A DNA stretch of 64,000 bases from an uncultured Gammaproteobacteria bacterium (GCA_964438425.1 CAYTKM010000002.1:9546-73545), one strand, 5' to 3'. Positions 47,412 through 58,703 are shown, numbered from the stretch's first letter. Translations and numbers: made by a program. The notes: generated from the sequence alone by a model not told the origin.

Positions 47412-50228
47412 TTAATCAAGTTTTAATAGCACTGGACTAATTTCAGCTTCAACATCAGCAGGCTCTATGTCAAGCTCTTCTAGATCTCTACTAGATGAAG
47501 AACTAGTTGCATTAATGAAGATAGAGAAGTTTCTTAAGTCTTTTAATAAGCTTTTTAGCATTTTCTTATCCTGTTTATTAATCTTGTCATCTTCGTTGTA
47601 GTCAAACAAGTCATAAAATGAATTAGTATCTACAGTAGCTAAGTTACGGTCACGGTCAAACAAGAACTCTTTGCGGGCTTTTTTAAACTGTTTTTTATAA
47701 GCCTTATTAAGTTTTTTCTTAGGTAACTTGCCATCGAGATTTACATCAAGTAATTCAGCAGCATACAGGAATCTATGAACCTGAATATCACAGCTTGCAT
47801 AGTCTAAACTACGATCTAAAGCATCAACATTACTATCATTGTTTAAATCGAATTTAGGATGGTTAGTTGCAAGTGTGCTAGCAGGAGTAGTATTTTGGCT
47901 ATCGTTAATCAATAGATTTAATTCGCTAGCTAATTTTAATTTCTCTAAGTTCTCTAGATTACTATTTTTATTAACATCAAAACCATTATCCTCAAGTGCA
48001 TTAGTCGCTTCCACGCACGCTAATGGCGTAGGTGCTTGCGGCTGGACTACTGGAGTCTGGCTTAGATCTATAGTCGGGTTAGGTGAGCCAGTGCCAGCAG
48101 TTACTACATCGATCACAAAGCTTTTATCAACAGTAATTCCTGAACCGCTATCATTACATTCGATAGTAATTGTATACTGTGGTTTAGTATTTTTATCAGT
48201 ACTAACTGTAGTTTTAAGTTCCATGTTTGAAAAGCTAATATCGCTGCTGGTATTTACAAGCGAGCAGGCTATTGAATCATTTTCTGGATCCGTCACAACT
48301 ACTCTAGAGATTAAAGTACCAGCAGGTTGGCTATCTTGCACTTCCTGAAACTCTAAATTAATAGAATCTACTGGAAAGTTACCATTAGGAAGCTTAGATC
48401 TTAAGACAGGAGTCATTAAACCTTCTGAAATATACCAGATGTTAGTAAAATCCCAATTCTGGTAAGAAGCTTGCTGTCTTTTAGCTGTGCTGTTCAATAA
48501 AACTGCTACTGTAGCTGCATTACTATTAGTATTAAAGTTATTAAATAGATCTGGTGTGATACCAGCTGCTGTTACATCGGTAAAGTACGCATCAGTAAAA
48601 CTGATATCTTCGATATCGTCATTATTCAAGAATTCACCGACTAGTGGATACTCTTCTAAGTCTATAGTATCGACTACACTACCATCAGCATATGAGTTAA
48701 TGATATCAGTGTCACCACCGTCAATCTCACCGATTAAACCAGCTGCGGCGCCACCATCAGCAAAAACATTCACCTTAGCATATGAATTTTTGATTACGAT
48801 AGTGTCAGTGCCACTTGAGCTATCACCGATAAGACCGCCAGCTTCAGCGCCAGCAGTCAAAACATTACCTTCAGCAAAAGACTCTTCTATTAAAGTGTCA
48901 TCGTTAACATCACCGACTAAACCACCTATGTTCTCACCATTTACATTAGCGTCTATATATGCACAAGACTTTTTAATAGTTAAAGTATTATCGTCAATTT
49001 CGCCGACTAAGCCACCAGTATCACTACCTAAATTATTTAAGGTAATCAAAACATCCGAATTTAAAATCGTTAGATCAGTTTGAGCGTCACCTACTAATCC
49101 CCCTACATCGTTACCGAAAGACTCTATAAAGCCTGTAAATTCAGAGTTAGTGATAGTAGTAATGCCATTGGTGATACCAACTAGACCACCAACGTTGTTT
49201 ACTTCGGTTTTGCTACCCTGATAGAAGAGATCAGCCTGAATATTAATATTGTCAAGTTCAATATTACCGAGAGTTTCACCTGCTAGACCACCAAAATTAC
49301 GTGGCGTGCCAGAAAAATTAGGATTATCCACGATTACTAAAGATGAACCAGTGACGTAAATATCACTAATTTTACTATCAGCAGGAATCGCAGAAAGTAC
49401 TAGTGCAGCGTTAAAATTCCCACTATTAACAGTTATATTATCTAAAAAAGCATTTTTTAGGTAGATAGGTTTAATAACACTAAAGTAACCACCGATAAGA
49501 CCTGCTGCTGCTGCATCAGTACTCGAGTGCATAACGGTTATATTATTTGCTGTAATATTTTCATAAATACCAGCTTTAGTACCACCAACAAGAGCTCCTA
49601 AACGATTGTCACCTTCTATAATAATATTATTTAAAGTAATATTCTCAACTTTAGTATCATTTATAGGGTTATTAATATCGAAATCATCTTCATTAGTCGC
49701 TATTAAAGCTGCTACTTTTTCAGTTCCGATAAAGGTACTTTGAGAGATTGTGACATCATCAAAGCTTGAATTTTCAGCTTTACTAAAGATAGCTACTCTT
49801 TCGGTACTACTACTCAGTACTATATTATTGAAGTTAATATTTTTTACTAGAGAGTTGTTTATTTCTCTAAATAAACCCAGTCTGGTACTGCCGCCAGTAG
49901 TATCTATGGCTTCTAGGTTAGATACAGTAAAGTTGTTACCATCTATAACTACACAAGATAAAGCCTGATCATTTAAGTCAGCTGCTACAAAGGTAGTATT
50001 AGCGCTATCGCAATCTATATTGCCTGCTAGTTTGTAGTAGGTATCATCAGCAGTAATATTTCTAAGATCATTACAATCAGAGATAGTTTCTTCGATTAAA
50101 CCTGTAGTACAAGTACTAGGTAGACCAACTGAGCTAGGACTAGTGGTAGCGAAAGACAGTGCGTTTGCGGCTTGCAAGCCAGCCAAACACATAACCATGG
50201 TGAAAAAAGTTGTATAAAATCTTTTCAT
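47412..50228 (-). CDS. giant secreted surface protein (about 938 aa mature): N-terminal signal peptide, repetitive right-handed beta-helix-like central region (GGLVG/GGLIG repeats), C-terminal ~150-aa dockerin/EF-hand-like plus basic module
   Basis: Signal peptide MKRFYTTFFTMVMCLAGLQAANA; the ORF-track start at 50270 adds 14 aa upstream. Dozens of G-G-L-(V/I)-G-containing ~22-aa repeats. C-terminal Ca-binding-loop-like DLNNDSNVDALD and FDYNEDDKINKQD flank a Lys/Arg-rich helix. Confidence 0.7.
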   Translation of the reverse strand: MKRFYTTFFTMVMCLAGLQAANALSFATTSPSSVGLPSTCTTGLIEETISDCNDLRNITADDTYYKLAGNIDCDSANTTFVAADLNDQALSCVVIDGNNFTVSNLEAIDTTGGSTRLGLFREINNSLVKNINFNNIVLSSSTERVAIFSKAENSSFDDVTISQSTFIGTEKVAALIATNEDDFDINNPINDTKVENITLNNIIIEGDNRLGALVGGTKAGIYENITANNITVMHSSTDAAAAGLIGGYFSVIKPIYLKNAFLDNITVNSGNFNAALVLSAIPADSKISDIYVTGSSLVIVDNPNFSGTPRNFGGLAGETLGNIELDNINIQADLFYQGSKTEVNNVGGLVGITNGITTITNSEFTGFIESFGNDVGGLVGDAQTDLTILNSDVLITLNNLGSDTGGLVGEIDDNTLTIKKSCAYIDANVNGENIGGLVGDVNDDTLIEESFAEGNVLTAGAEAGGLIGDSSSGTDTIVIKNSYAKVNVFADGGAAAGLIGEIDGGDTDIINSYADGSVVDTIDLEEYPLVGEFLNNDDIEDISFTDAYFTDVTAAGITPDLFNNFNTNSNAATVAVLLNSTAKRQQASYQNWDFTNIWYISEGLMTPVLRSKLPNGNFPVDSINLEFQEVQDSQPAGTLISRVVVTDPENDSIACSLVNTSSDISFSNMELKTTVSTDKNTKPQYTITIECNDSGSGITVDKSFVIDVVTAGTGSPNPTIDLSQTPVVQPQAPTPLACVEATNALEDNGFDVNKNSNLENLEKLKLASELNLLINDSQNTTPASTLATNHPKFDLNNDSNVDALDRSLDYASCDIQVHRFLYAAELLDVNLDGKLPKKKLNKAYKKQFKKARKEFLFDRDRNLATVDTNSFYDLFDYNEDDKINKQDKKMLKSLLKDLRNFSIFINATSSSSSRDLEELDIEPADVEAEISPVLLKLD

Positions 50229-50559
50229 GTTGTTTTTCCTCTTGGAACAAATCCTAACATATACAAACAAATAAAACTTAAGTTTTAGTGAAATTATCTT
50301 GATGATTTTTGTTGGGTTAAGCTATTTTAATTCTAAAGGCTTATAAACTTTAAAGCTTGGTATAGAAATGCTTTTGTACTTAAACATTACTCGTCTTATC
50401 TTTAAAAGTTGCTGTATGTGCGTAGATTTAAAGCTAAGTTCTTTTCTGTATTTAAATAGTTAGGCGTTTAAATTGTAAGTATTATATTTATTATACATAA
50501 AGTGCTTTTATTATATATAATTCTTTTTGGCACTACTGGTATGTAATTATGTTGATTTG

Positions 50560-50810
50560 CTAGTGAGGTTTCTTCTTATTTTATCTATTTGGGCTAAAGT
50601 CAGATCTCTTAAATAGTTCAAATAAAGTTTGAAATACTTTACATATTATTTACTGGAGCTGAAGTTAAATCTATTGGATATTTTAAATAAAGCTTGAAGT
50701 TCTCTACATGTTGTTTATTGGAACTGAAGTCAGATGCGTTAATCATTTTAAACAAAAGCCTACAATTTTCTATGTGCTATTTAGTGAGGGCTAAGCACTA
50801 ATAAGTATTT
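50560..50810. repeat. about four degenerate ~63-bp tandem repeats in the upstream region of the 47412..50228 gene
   Basis: Units of the type ttaaataaagYttgaa...ctgaagt(c/t)a(g/a)at... at about 50564, 50626, 50683 and 50748. Confidence 0.6.
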
Positions 50811-50869
50811 AAAGAAGAAGATTAAAGTTTTTTTATACTGTCTACTTAAACAACTAATGATCAAATCTA

Positions 50870-51050
50870 AAGAGACTAATGATAAGACGTTCTAAGGAAA
50901 CTAGTGATAGGGGATGGTGAAGAAACTCAGGGTAGAGGGTTCCAAAGTTAATGTAAGAGATTATGAAGAAAGTATTGGTGAGGGTTGTGAGTTAGTGATT
51001 GGGGATAGTGAAGGAACTCATGGTAGAGGATTTCAAACAGAATTACATGA
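50870..51050. repeat. degenerate tandem repeats (actaatgat... and ggggatRgtgaaGRaactcaKggtagagg...)
   Basis: Two long copies (about 50902-50948 and 50991-51040) preceded by shorter related copies. Short peptide-like reading frames on the plus strand (GDGEETQGRGFQ / GDSEGTHGRGFQ) suggest decayed coding sequence. Confidence 0.5.
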
Positions 51051-51063
51051 AGAATGAAAACAA

Positions 51064-51097
51064 AAATGCGGCAAGTTCACACCTGCCGCATTTTTAG
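51064..51097 (-). terminator. rho-independent, bidirectional-type terminator 26 nt downstream of the 51123..54102 gene
   Basis: Perfect 8-bp stem atgcggca/tgccgcat with a 10-nt loop, flanked by AAAAA and TTTTT. Confidence 0.7.
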
Positions 51098-51122
51098 GTT
51101 TATTTTAGTTTAATAACTGAGC

Positions 51123-54102
51123 TTAGTTACTATTTTCAAGAGAGTCATCGAATGGTAACGCTTCTTCGTCAACTGATGTTTCAGTAACGATATCCGCTGG
51201 TAACTCATCATTATTTAAATCTTCTTGAACACTGTCATCTGATTGAGATGAGCTTGCAGCAGCAAAGATGCTGATGTTTCTTAGTTGTCTTAGAAGTTGT
51301 CTAAAGTATCTTTTATCTTTTTTGTTGATCTTATCATCTTCGTTATAATCAAATAGATCATAGAAAGAGTTAGTATCTACAGTTGCTAGATTACGGTTAC
51401 GATCAAACAAGAATTCTTTACGAGCTTTTTTAAACTGTTTCTTGTAAACATTGTTTAATTTTTTCTTAGGTAATTTACCGTCACGGTTAGTATCTAAGAT
51501 TTCAGCAGCGTGCAAGAATCTATGTACTTGTATATCACAATCAGCGTAGTCTAGGATTCTATCAAAGTTATCAATTAGATTATCATCGTTTAGATCAAAC
51601 TCTGGATAGTTAGTTGCTAGTGTCGCTGCTTGCGCGCTAGTTTCTTTACTATCTTGGATTAATAAGTTTAGTTTGCTTGCTAATCTTAATTTTTCTAAGT
51701 CTTCAAGTAAACCATTATTGTTGATATCAAAGCCATTGTTTACAAGTTCACTTGTCGCAGCTGGGCAAGCTAAAGGCTGTGGGTCACCGATTTGAGGATC
51801 AACAGTATTATCAGCTAAAGTCAAAGCTGGTCCTAAACCTTGACCAGTAATATTAGCCACTGCATTTAGAGGGAACACTCTAGTAATAGCTCTTTGTGAA
51901 CCGAAATCAGTACATTCAATCGTTAGATTTAAAACATCGCCTACATTGGCTGTTAAGTTACTAGCTAAAGAGATTGAAATATTGTCGTTAGAGTCTACGT
52001 CTAAAGTAAATAATGGGCTATTTTGTAAAACACATGTTACAGGATCTGTTTCAGGGTCTACTACTGTTACATTAGCAACTTTTAAACCAGCTATACCATT
52101 GTTTACTACAGCATTTTGATCTAAAGTGATACTTGATACTGGGTAGTTAGTGATTTTGAACCTTAATTCTGGAGTTGATAGACCATCTACGTTATACCAG
52201 ATGCTGTTGAAGTCAAAACCTACATAATTAGCTCTAAAGTTTTTGTCAGTGCTGTTAAGTTTTTGAGCAACAGTGCCTGAGCTATTATTAGTTGAAGAAG
52301 TGTTGAAGTTAGTCGCAAGTGTAGGTGCGAAGTTAGCTGAAGAACTAAAGTAAGCATCATTAAAAGTTACATTAATACCGTCATCATTGTTATTTACTTC
52401 ACCTACTAAAGGGTACTCGTCGTCGTCATTTGCAGTAACTAAATTACCATCAAAATATGAAGTGTTAATAGTGACATTGCTAGAACTTGAACTGTCCATC
52501 TCACCGATAAAACCACCAGCGTTATCATCTGTAGTAGAAAGGTTAACCTTAGAGTATGAATCAGTGATAATTACGTTATTAGCATCTACAACGAAACCAA
52601 CAAAAGAACCAACATCTTCAGCTGCACCGTTTATAGTACCTTTAACAAATGATTGATTAATATCGATACTATTACCTATACGTCCAGCAAAACCACCAAC
52701 TTCATCATCAGTAGCGTCAATATCAACTACGGCACATGTTTTATCAATATCTACAGCGCCACTATAGTTAGCACCAATTAAACCACCATTTAAACTATTA
52801 TCGTGATTTACATTACTATCGATAGTTACAATAGCATCAGAATTAGAGATAGTTAGATTACCATTACTAGCACCTACGATACCACCAACTTCATCATCAA
52901 AACCAGTAATAGTACCTTCAAACTTTACATTTTCAAAAGTATTATCAGTTGAATTAGCGTAACCTACGATACCACCAACTTTATCAATATTAGCTGAACC
53001 GATTTGATTAAAAGGAGCCAAATCTTTTACGTGTTTGATATCAGCTTTAACTAAGATATCCTTTAATCTAACACCATCCTGATAGTACTCACCAATTAAA
53101 CCACCGATGCTACTACTATTGTTGTTTGAACCACCTAAGTAGAGTAAATTTGAGTTAGTAATATTAACATTATTAACTACAGTATCTTTTCTAACAAAGC
53201 TTGAAAGTAGACCAGAAGCTGAACTTCTAGCTTTTACTTCGATGTTGCTTCCAGTAATGTCTGACCAGTTATTTGCTGTAGTAGAACCTAAACCGAAGAT
53301 ACCACCAGCATGGCTATATGTACCACCATGATCAACTACAACATTGGTTGCACTGATTTCGTTGGCTACAGTATCTTTCGCGCTACCTACTAAACCACCT
53401 ACGCGGGTACCAGCTTTAACAGAAGAGTTTGTTAAGTTAACGTTTGAGATAGTTTTAGGGAAATTAGGGTAGTTAGCTACTAGATCTAAAACGTTAGTGT
53501 CATCAGCATTAATACTGTAATCGTTTAAGTTTTGAGAGTAAGAACCTTCCATATTACCTACCAGCGCGCCAGCTCTTTCTCTAGTAGCTTCAACGATAAT
53601 ATTATTTAAGCTTAAGTTCTCAAAAGAACTGTTTTGTGAACCACCAACGATACCTACGCCATATTTACCTTTAATGTTGAAGTTCTCGAAGTCTAAGTTT
53701 TTAAGAATAGAATTTCTAAGTTGTTCGATTAAACCCATGTAATTTCTACTAGTGTTGTTTACAGTAAAGTTAGAAATTTTATAGTTAGTTGTAGAATTTT
53801 TCTGACCATCGATAACGATACAGTTTAAGTTGTTATTAGCTAAAGAGCCTGAGCTAGTAATACCATTACAATCAATGTCATTGGTTAAGGTATAAGCTGT
53901 GCCACCGTGTAAATCCAGCAAGTCTGTACAGTCTGATAAAGTATCAGTTGCTAAAGGCAATGTGCAGTTTGATTGTGGACTTTGTACAGTAGATGGGGCC
54001 ACTGTTGTTATAGTTACGGCACTAGGTGCAAAGGCACTGGCATCTGGCACTGTGCTTACCCCTATTGCTGTAACTAGAAATAATCTAGTAATTTTTTCAG
54101 TT
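51123..54102 (-). CDS. giant secreted surface protein, paralog of 47412..50228 (beta-helix repeats plus the same C-terminal module). The N-terminal signal peptide lies in the +1 frame relative to the ATG at 54100-54102, across a poly(A)6 tract
   Basis: Large ORF 51123..54050 (GTG). Upstream, ATG 54102-54100 gives MKNKLKK then stops. Adding one A to the A6 tract (plus-strand T6 54082-54087) yields MKNKLKKITRLFLVTAIGVSTVPDASA..., a canonical signal peptide. The C-terminal 150 aa are about 80% identical to the paralog. Confidence 0.7.
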
Positions 54103-54818
54103 TGTTTTTCATAATTGAATATTATCTTAGCAAAAAAATGTTTGTGTTTTATTTAATATCTGAAATTTTATATGATAGTTTTAAAAACCCTGGTGAACTT
54201 ATCTTGCTCGAGCTGAATCCTGGCTTTTTATTAAATTAGTTTAATAATATATTCCGAAGGGTTTAAGATAAAGTCGCGTAAGCTTTTTGGGATATTATGT
54301 AAATGTAAGTGCTATGAAGATTTACCTAAATTTATTAAGTAACATAATTTCTGTTATTCTAAGTCGGGGGTTTTACATCCTGAATATAAAAATATTAAGT
54401 AAAACTATGAGTAAATTTACTAATTATTAGGAGCAATACATAAAATATAACAGACTTAATCAAGATATTATGTTTATTCTTGTGTGTGAGGTAGTCCCTA
54501 TTTCATGTTTGAATATTAAAGTTGATATAAACTATATACCAAGGTTTAGAGTACTTATTTTAATTTTTTAATACTTGCTGGTAAGTCAAAAGCAAATAAT
54601 ACTAAATTTTTTTTAGTATTCTAAGTTAATGTAGGTAGTTAGCTCAGTTTATAGTAGATAAAGCGCTGTTATTAAACGGCAGATAAAAGACACAGCCTTA
54701 ATAAGAAAAGTTGACTACATGTGTGTTTATAAATACTAAATCGAAGTATTAAAATAAAAACTATCCCATTAGAGCTTGAATAATTTTTGTTTCAAATTAT
54801 AAAAAGACATGACTTAGC

Positions 54819-55442
54819 TTAGATAGTCTTTAATTCAGGTAGAAAAGGAAGTTTAGGGTCTACACTTAGTGGCTTAGAAATGAATCTATTATACTGTCTG
54901 CATAAAGATCTAATAAAAAACAAATCTTTTTTATTAACTGACAGGTCATTATTATAATCATAAAGTAAAAACTCATTATCCTCGTTAATTACATTTGCGC
55001 TGTTTTGAGCTAAGATAGATTGTCTAAACTGACGGCGTGAAAGCTGGTACTTTTTTTTAAACCGCTTAGACTTTAGGCGCCTGACTTTAAGTTTGCCATT
55101 ATTTTTAAATTTAATAGTATTAATTAGATTATCTAGTTTTGCTAAGTCAGTATCACAGCTTAAATCGTAATACTCTAAATCAGCTTCATTTAAATCTCTA
55201 TCTTGGTTAAAATCAAGATTCGTTTGATCTTTACTCGCAAAACCCGCTGCATTTCTATGCATATCAACAACTAATTTTAGCTTTTCAACTAAATCAAAAC
55301 TATCATTATTATTAAAATCGAAATTGCTTGCAAGCGTAAGAACTTTAGTACTACAGTCTAGATCCATCGTAGCTTTAGCCTGCTCTGCAAACAAAACAGA
55401 GGAAAATATTATGCTTAAAAGTAGTACTTGGTATTTAATCAT
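54819..55442 (-). CDS. small secreted protein (207 aa) consisting of a signal peptide plus a stand-alone copy of the C-terminal dockerin/EF-hand-like plus basic module
   Basis: Signal peptide MIKYQVLLLSIIFSSVLFAEQAKA. DFNNNDSFDLVEKLKL..., basic KLKVRRLKSKRFKKKYQLSRRQF and YDYNNDLSVNKKD align with the giant proteins' C-termini. Confidence 0.55.
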   Translation of the reverse strand: MIKYQVLLLSIIFSSVLFAEQAKATMDLDCSTKVLTLASNFDFNNNDSFDLVEKLKLVVDMHRNAAGFASKDQTNLDFNQDRDLNEADLEYYDLSCDTDLAKLDNLINTIKFKNNGKLKVRRLKSKRFKKKYQLSRRQFRQSILAQNSANVINEDNEFLLYDYNNDLSVNKKDLFFIRSLCRQYNRFISKPLSVDPKLPFLPELKTI

Positions 55443-55656
55443 CCAGATTCGATCCTAACATTTTTAGGTGCTTTTTATTAACTAAATTGCTAAAGGCAAT
55501 AATATTTAGGTTATATGTAGGAGTTAAAATTTAGAGAAAATTAGCTTTAAAATAATTATTCAATTTTGTACCTACTTATATTAAGTAACTTTTTAAGATT
55601 AACTTTAAGTAAATCAGCTTGTATTTATAAAAGTAGTATTTAATATATAAAGTGCT

Positions 55657-57528
55657 TTAATTTAATGGTTGATTAATATCTAACTTATCATCACCATTTA
55701 ATAAATTAGGTGCATTTTGTTTAGCTAGGCAGATTAAAATGTCTCCACGATCATAGGGCTGAGCCGAGTGAGCGAAGAAAAAATTATCTTTTCTTTTAAG
55801 TATAATTGGTAGCCAGTCACTATCTGCGTACTCGGGAATACGGTATTCACTAAGTACTCCACTTGAATCTAAATGCCTTTCAAAGATATGCACGTTTTGC
55901 TGATCGATAATATCTTTCCATTCGGCGATATTAACAACTTTGGTATAGGCTAGATCACCGCTAATCTCTTTTACTAAATGACTACTAATACTTTTATCTG
56001 GAGTACCGATAGCTGGATAGACATAGGGTACCTGATACATTTCGCGGGCAAGCTGGCAAACTAAAAAGTTAACTTCAGAATTAGAAGTGGTGGCGATAAG
56101 TAAGGTTGCTTTACTGATTTCTGCTTGATCTAGTACATTCGTATCTAAACAATTTCCACAAACTGTAATTAATTTATCACTACTGGATCGATTGCAATAA
56201 ATCTGATTATTATCAATGATACAGACTTTTTTGCCCATATCTGTAAACACTTTACCGATAATCCGCCCTAAAACATTGCCACCAACTACAATAATGTAAC
56301 TGTTATTAATTAGTGATTTAGTAATGCTGGCTGCTTGCCTGGCTGTAAGTCCTTGCAGTAAAACCGTAAAGATAATGGTCGCAAAAACTAAAGATTCTAC
56401 TATATAAGCATCTGTCACTCCTTGCTCGCGCATGACGATGGTAAAAAGTGAAGCCACTGAGGCTGAAACAATACCCTTAGGTCCGATCCATGATAAAAAT
56501 AGTTTTTCTGAGATCTTTAGTAAGCCTATATTAGATAGAAACACAGCTAAAGGTCTGACTAAAAAGACTACACCTAAGATAACGATAATTCCAGGCACGC
56601 CTAACCCACTTAACTTCTCGAAGTCTAAATCAGCCGCGATCAGCACAAACAAGATCGAAATGAACAGAATGGAAAGCTGACCTTTAAAGCGCTTTAAAGT
56701 GTTTAGCTGTGGTACATTTTCTTGCTGCACAGCAAAACCTGTAATCACCACAGCTAAAATGCCAGTATTAGGCTCGAAATTATTACTTAAAGCGTAGGTC
56801 GCAAAAACCCAAGCTAGCACGACCAAGTTTTTTAAATCTGTCGGTATAAACTTTTTAGAAGCTAGTTTACCTAGTAAAAAGCCACTTACATAACCTACCA
56901 CTAAACCTATAAAGAGCTTAGTTAAAAAAGCAATCAAAAACACTTGCCAGGCATTAACTTCCTGTGCCATGTCAGGGTTAAGTTTCATTTCCTGCTCTAC
57001 GAGTACATACTCAAGCACTGCTACTGAGATGAAAGCCCCGAAAGCATTAGATAAAATACCTTCACTTCTTAAAATAGTCGCTAAATCCCGCTTTACTTTT
57101 ACCCTACTTAAGATCGGGTTGATAACCGTAAGACCAGTAATACTCATAAAAGCACCAAATAGCAGACTCAAAGCCCACTCAAGGCCTAATATCAGATGAC
57201 ATAAAATAGCACTACCTAGAACCGTAATTCCAAGTCCTATGGTGAGCATATTTCTAACAGATTTATCAACCTTTTTAAAAGATTTAAAATCGAGACTTAA
57301 GCCACCTTCAAATAATATTAAAGCTACCGCCAGTGATACCAGCACCTCGAAGCCGTCACCGAGTACAGTTGGTTGGATTAAATTTAAAAACTGTGGACCT
57401 AAAAGAACCCCAATTATCATTAAAAAAACGATGCTAGGCAATTTTACTTTAGCTGCTAGCACTTGCATAGCCATCCCCGCAAAAGTGGCGATAACCAAAG
57501 TCGACATTAGTGAAGCGCTTAAGTCCAT
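55657..57528 (-). CDS. monovalent cation:proton antiporter (CPA1/NhaP-Kef-like) with a C-terminal RCK/TrkA-N domain
   Basis: About 12 TM segments followed by a Rossmann [15 protein letters not shown]...KVCIIDNN region. Confidence 0.75.
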   Translation of the reverse strand: MDLSASLMSTLVIATFAGMAMQVLAAKVKLPSIVFLMIIGVLLGPQFLNLIQPTVLGDGFEVLVSLAVALILFEGGLSLDFKSFKKVDKSVRNMLTIGLGITVLGSAILCHLILGLEWALSLLFGAFMSITGLTVINPILSRVKVKRDLATILRSEGILSNAFGAFISVAVLEYVLVEQEMKLNPDMAQEVNAWQVFLIAFLTKLFIGLVVGYVSGFLLGKLASKKFIPTDLKNLVVLAWVFATYALSNNFEPNTGILAVVITGFAVQQENVPQLNTLKRFKGQLSILFISILFVLIAADLDFEKLSGLGVPGIIVILGVVFLVRPLAVFLSNIGLLKISEKLFLSWIGPKGIVSASVASLFTIVMREQGVTDAYIVESLVFATIIFTVLLQGLTARQAASITKSLINNSYIIVVGGNVLGRIIGKVFTDMGKKVCIIDNNQIYCNRSSSDKLITVCGNCLDTNVLDQAEISKATLLIATTSNSEVNFLVCQLAREMYQVPYVYPAIGTPDKSISSHLVKEISGDLAYTKVVNIAEWKDIIDQQNVHIFERHLDSSGVLSEYRIPEYADSDWLPIILKRKDNFFFAHSAQPYDRGDILICLAKQNAPNLLNGDDKLDINQPLN

Positions 57529-58629
57529 TTTAGAAAAGCTTTTATAAACTCATCTAATATACTATCACCATTAATGACAGCGTCTACATCACGAGTCTCG
57601 AATTTAGTACGATGATCCTTAACCCTACCTTCGTCAAATACATACGATCTAATAGCATTTCCCCAGGAAGGTAAGACATTTTCGCCTTTTAGCTCAGCAA
57701 TTTTTCGTTGTTGCTCTTCAACTTGCAAAGCTAGTAGTTTAGATTTTATAAGTTCTATAGCGCGCTCTTTATTTTGAACTTGGCTGCGCTCTTCTGTGCA
57801 CTTTACAGTTATATTAGTCGGTATATGCTTAACGCGCACTGCCGTTTCAACTTTGTTTACGTTTTGCCCGCCCGCCCCGCCAGCGCGCATGGTAGTAATG
57901 TCTAAATCACTTTCTGAAAAACCTTCAAGTTGAGTGTTCTGTTTAATAAGAGGTGAAACTTCTAAGCCAGCAAAGCTAGTCTGGCGACTGTCAGCTGATG
58001 ATTTAAAAGGTGATTTGCGTACTAATCTATGTACGCCCTTTTCAGCAGCTAGGTAACCATAAGCGAAGTCCCCAACTATTTTTAAAGTCGCTGACTTTAT
58101 ACCAGCTTCTTCACCATTTGAGCGCTCCAGTAAAGTGACTGTATAATCTTTAGTTGCTGCCCAGCGAGTATACATTCTAAGTAAAATTTCAGCCCAGTCC
58201 TGCGCGTCAGTACCACCAGCACCAGCATTAATCGAGATAATAGCCGAAAATTCATCGTAAGGTCCAGACATTAGCTGCATAAATTCAAAACCTTCCAGCT
58301 CCTGAATGAGCTTTAAATATTCATTTTCAAGCATAGTACGCACTTCAGGATCTTCTTCTTCAGTTAGAATCCCATGCATCTCTTCGAGATCATGCACGCG
58401 GGTTTGCCAGCTAGAAACTTTTTCTAGTAAAGATTTTTTGCGCCCTAATGTTTTACTAACTTCCTGAGCTTTATCGCTATCCTGCCAAAATTCTGGGTCT
58501 AAAGTTTGCTGTTCGAGTTCATTTACTTCAGTTTTAAGCTTTTTAAGGTCAAAGACACTCCTTAGCAGCCTGATATTTTTCTGTAAGTAAGTTTAAATCA
58601 ATTTTATTTTCAAGATCACCAGTTTTCAT
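57519..58629 (-). CDS. prfB: peptide chain release factor 2, with the canonical programmed +1 ribosomal frameshift at CUU UGA C (UGA = 58549..58551)
   Basis: Frame 0 ORF 58629..58549 encodes [26 protein letters not shown] ending ...AAG GAG TGT CTT TGA C. The +1 frame (58550..57519) continues as [24 protein letters not shown]... into the ORF-track product, which carries the SPF motif and the GGQ motif ([18 protein letters not shown]). Confidence 0.9.
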
Positions 58630-58703
58630 ATACTATCTATAAGTTTAATCTAAATTCTATCTTTCAAGCGCGCGCGCCAAAAATAGTTTTAGAATATAGA
58701 AAT

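Noticed and set aside
47839-49083. Plus-strand ORFs (169 and 198 aa) inside the giant surface-protein gene
   Set aside because: They are antisense to a long repeat-rich CDS. They are Ser/Leu/Pro-rich products typical of reverse-strand artefacts in AT-rich repetitive genes, with no start or RBS context.
50560-51050. Possible CRISPR array between the giant surface-protein genes
   Set aside because: The repeat units are 63-75 bp, degenerate, and directly adjacent without unique spacers of uniform length. There are no cas genes nearby. They are better explained as tandem repeats or decayed coding sequence.
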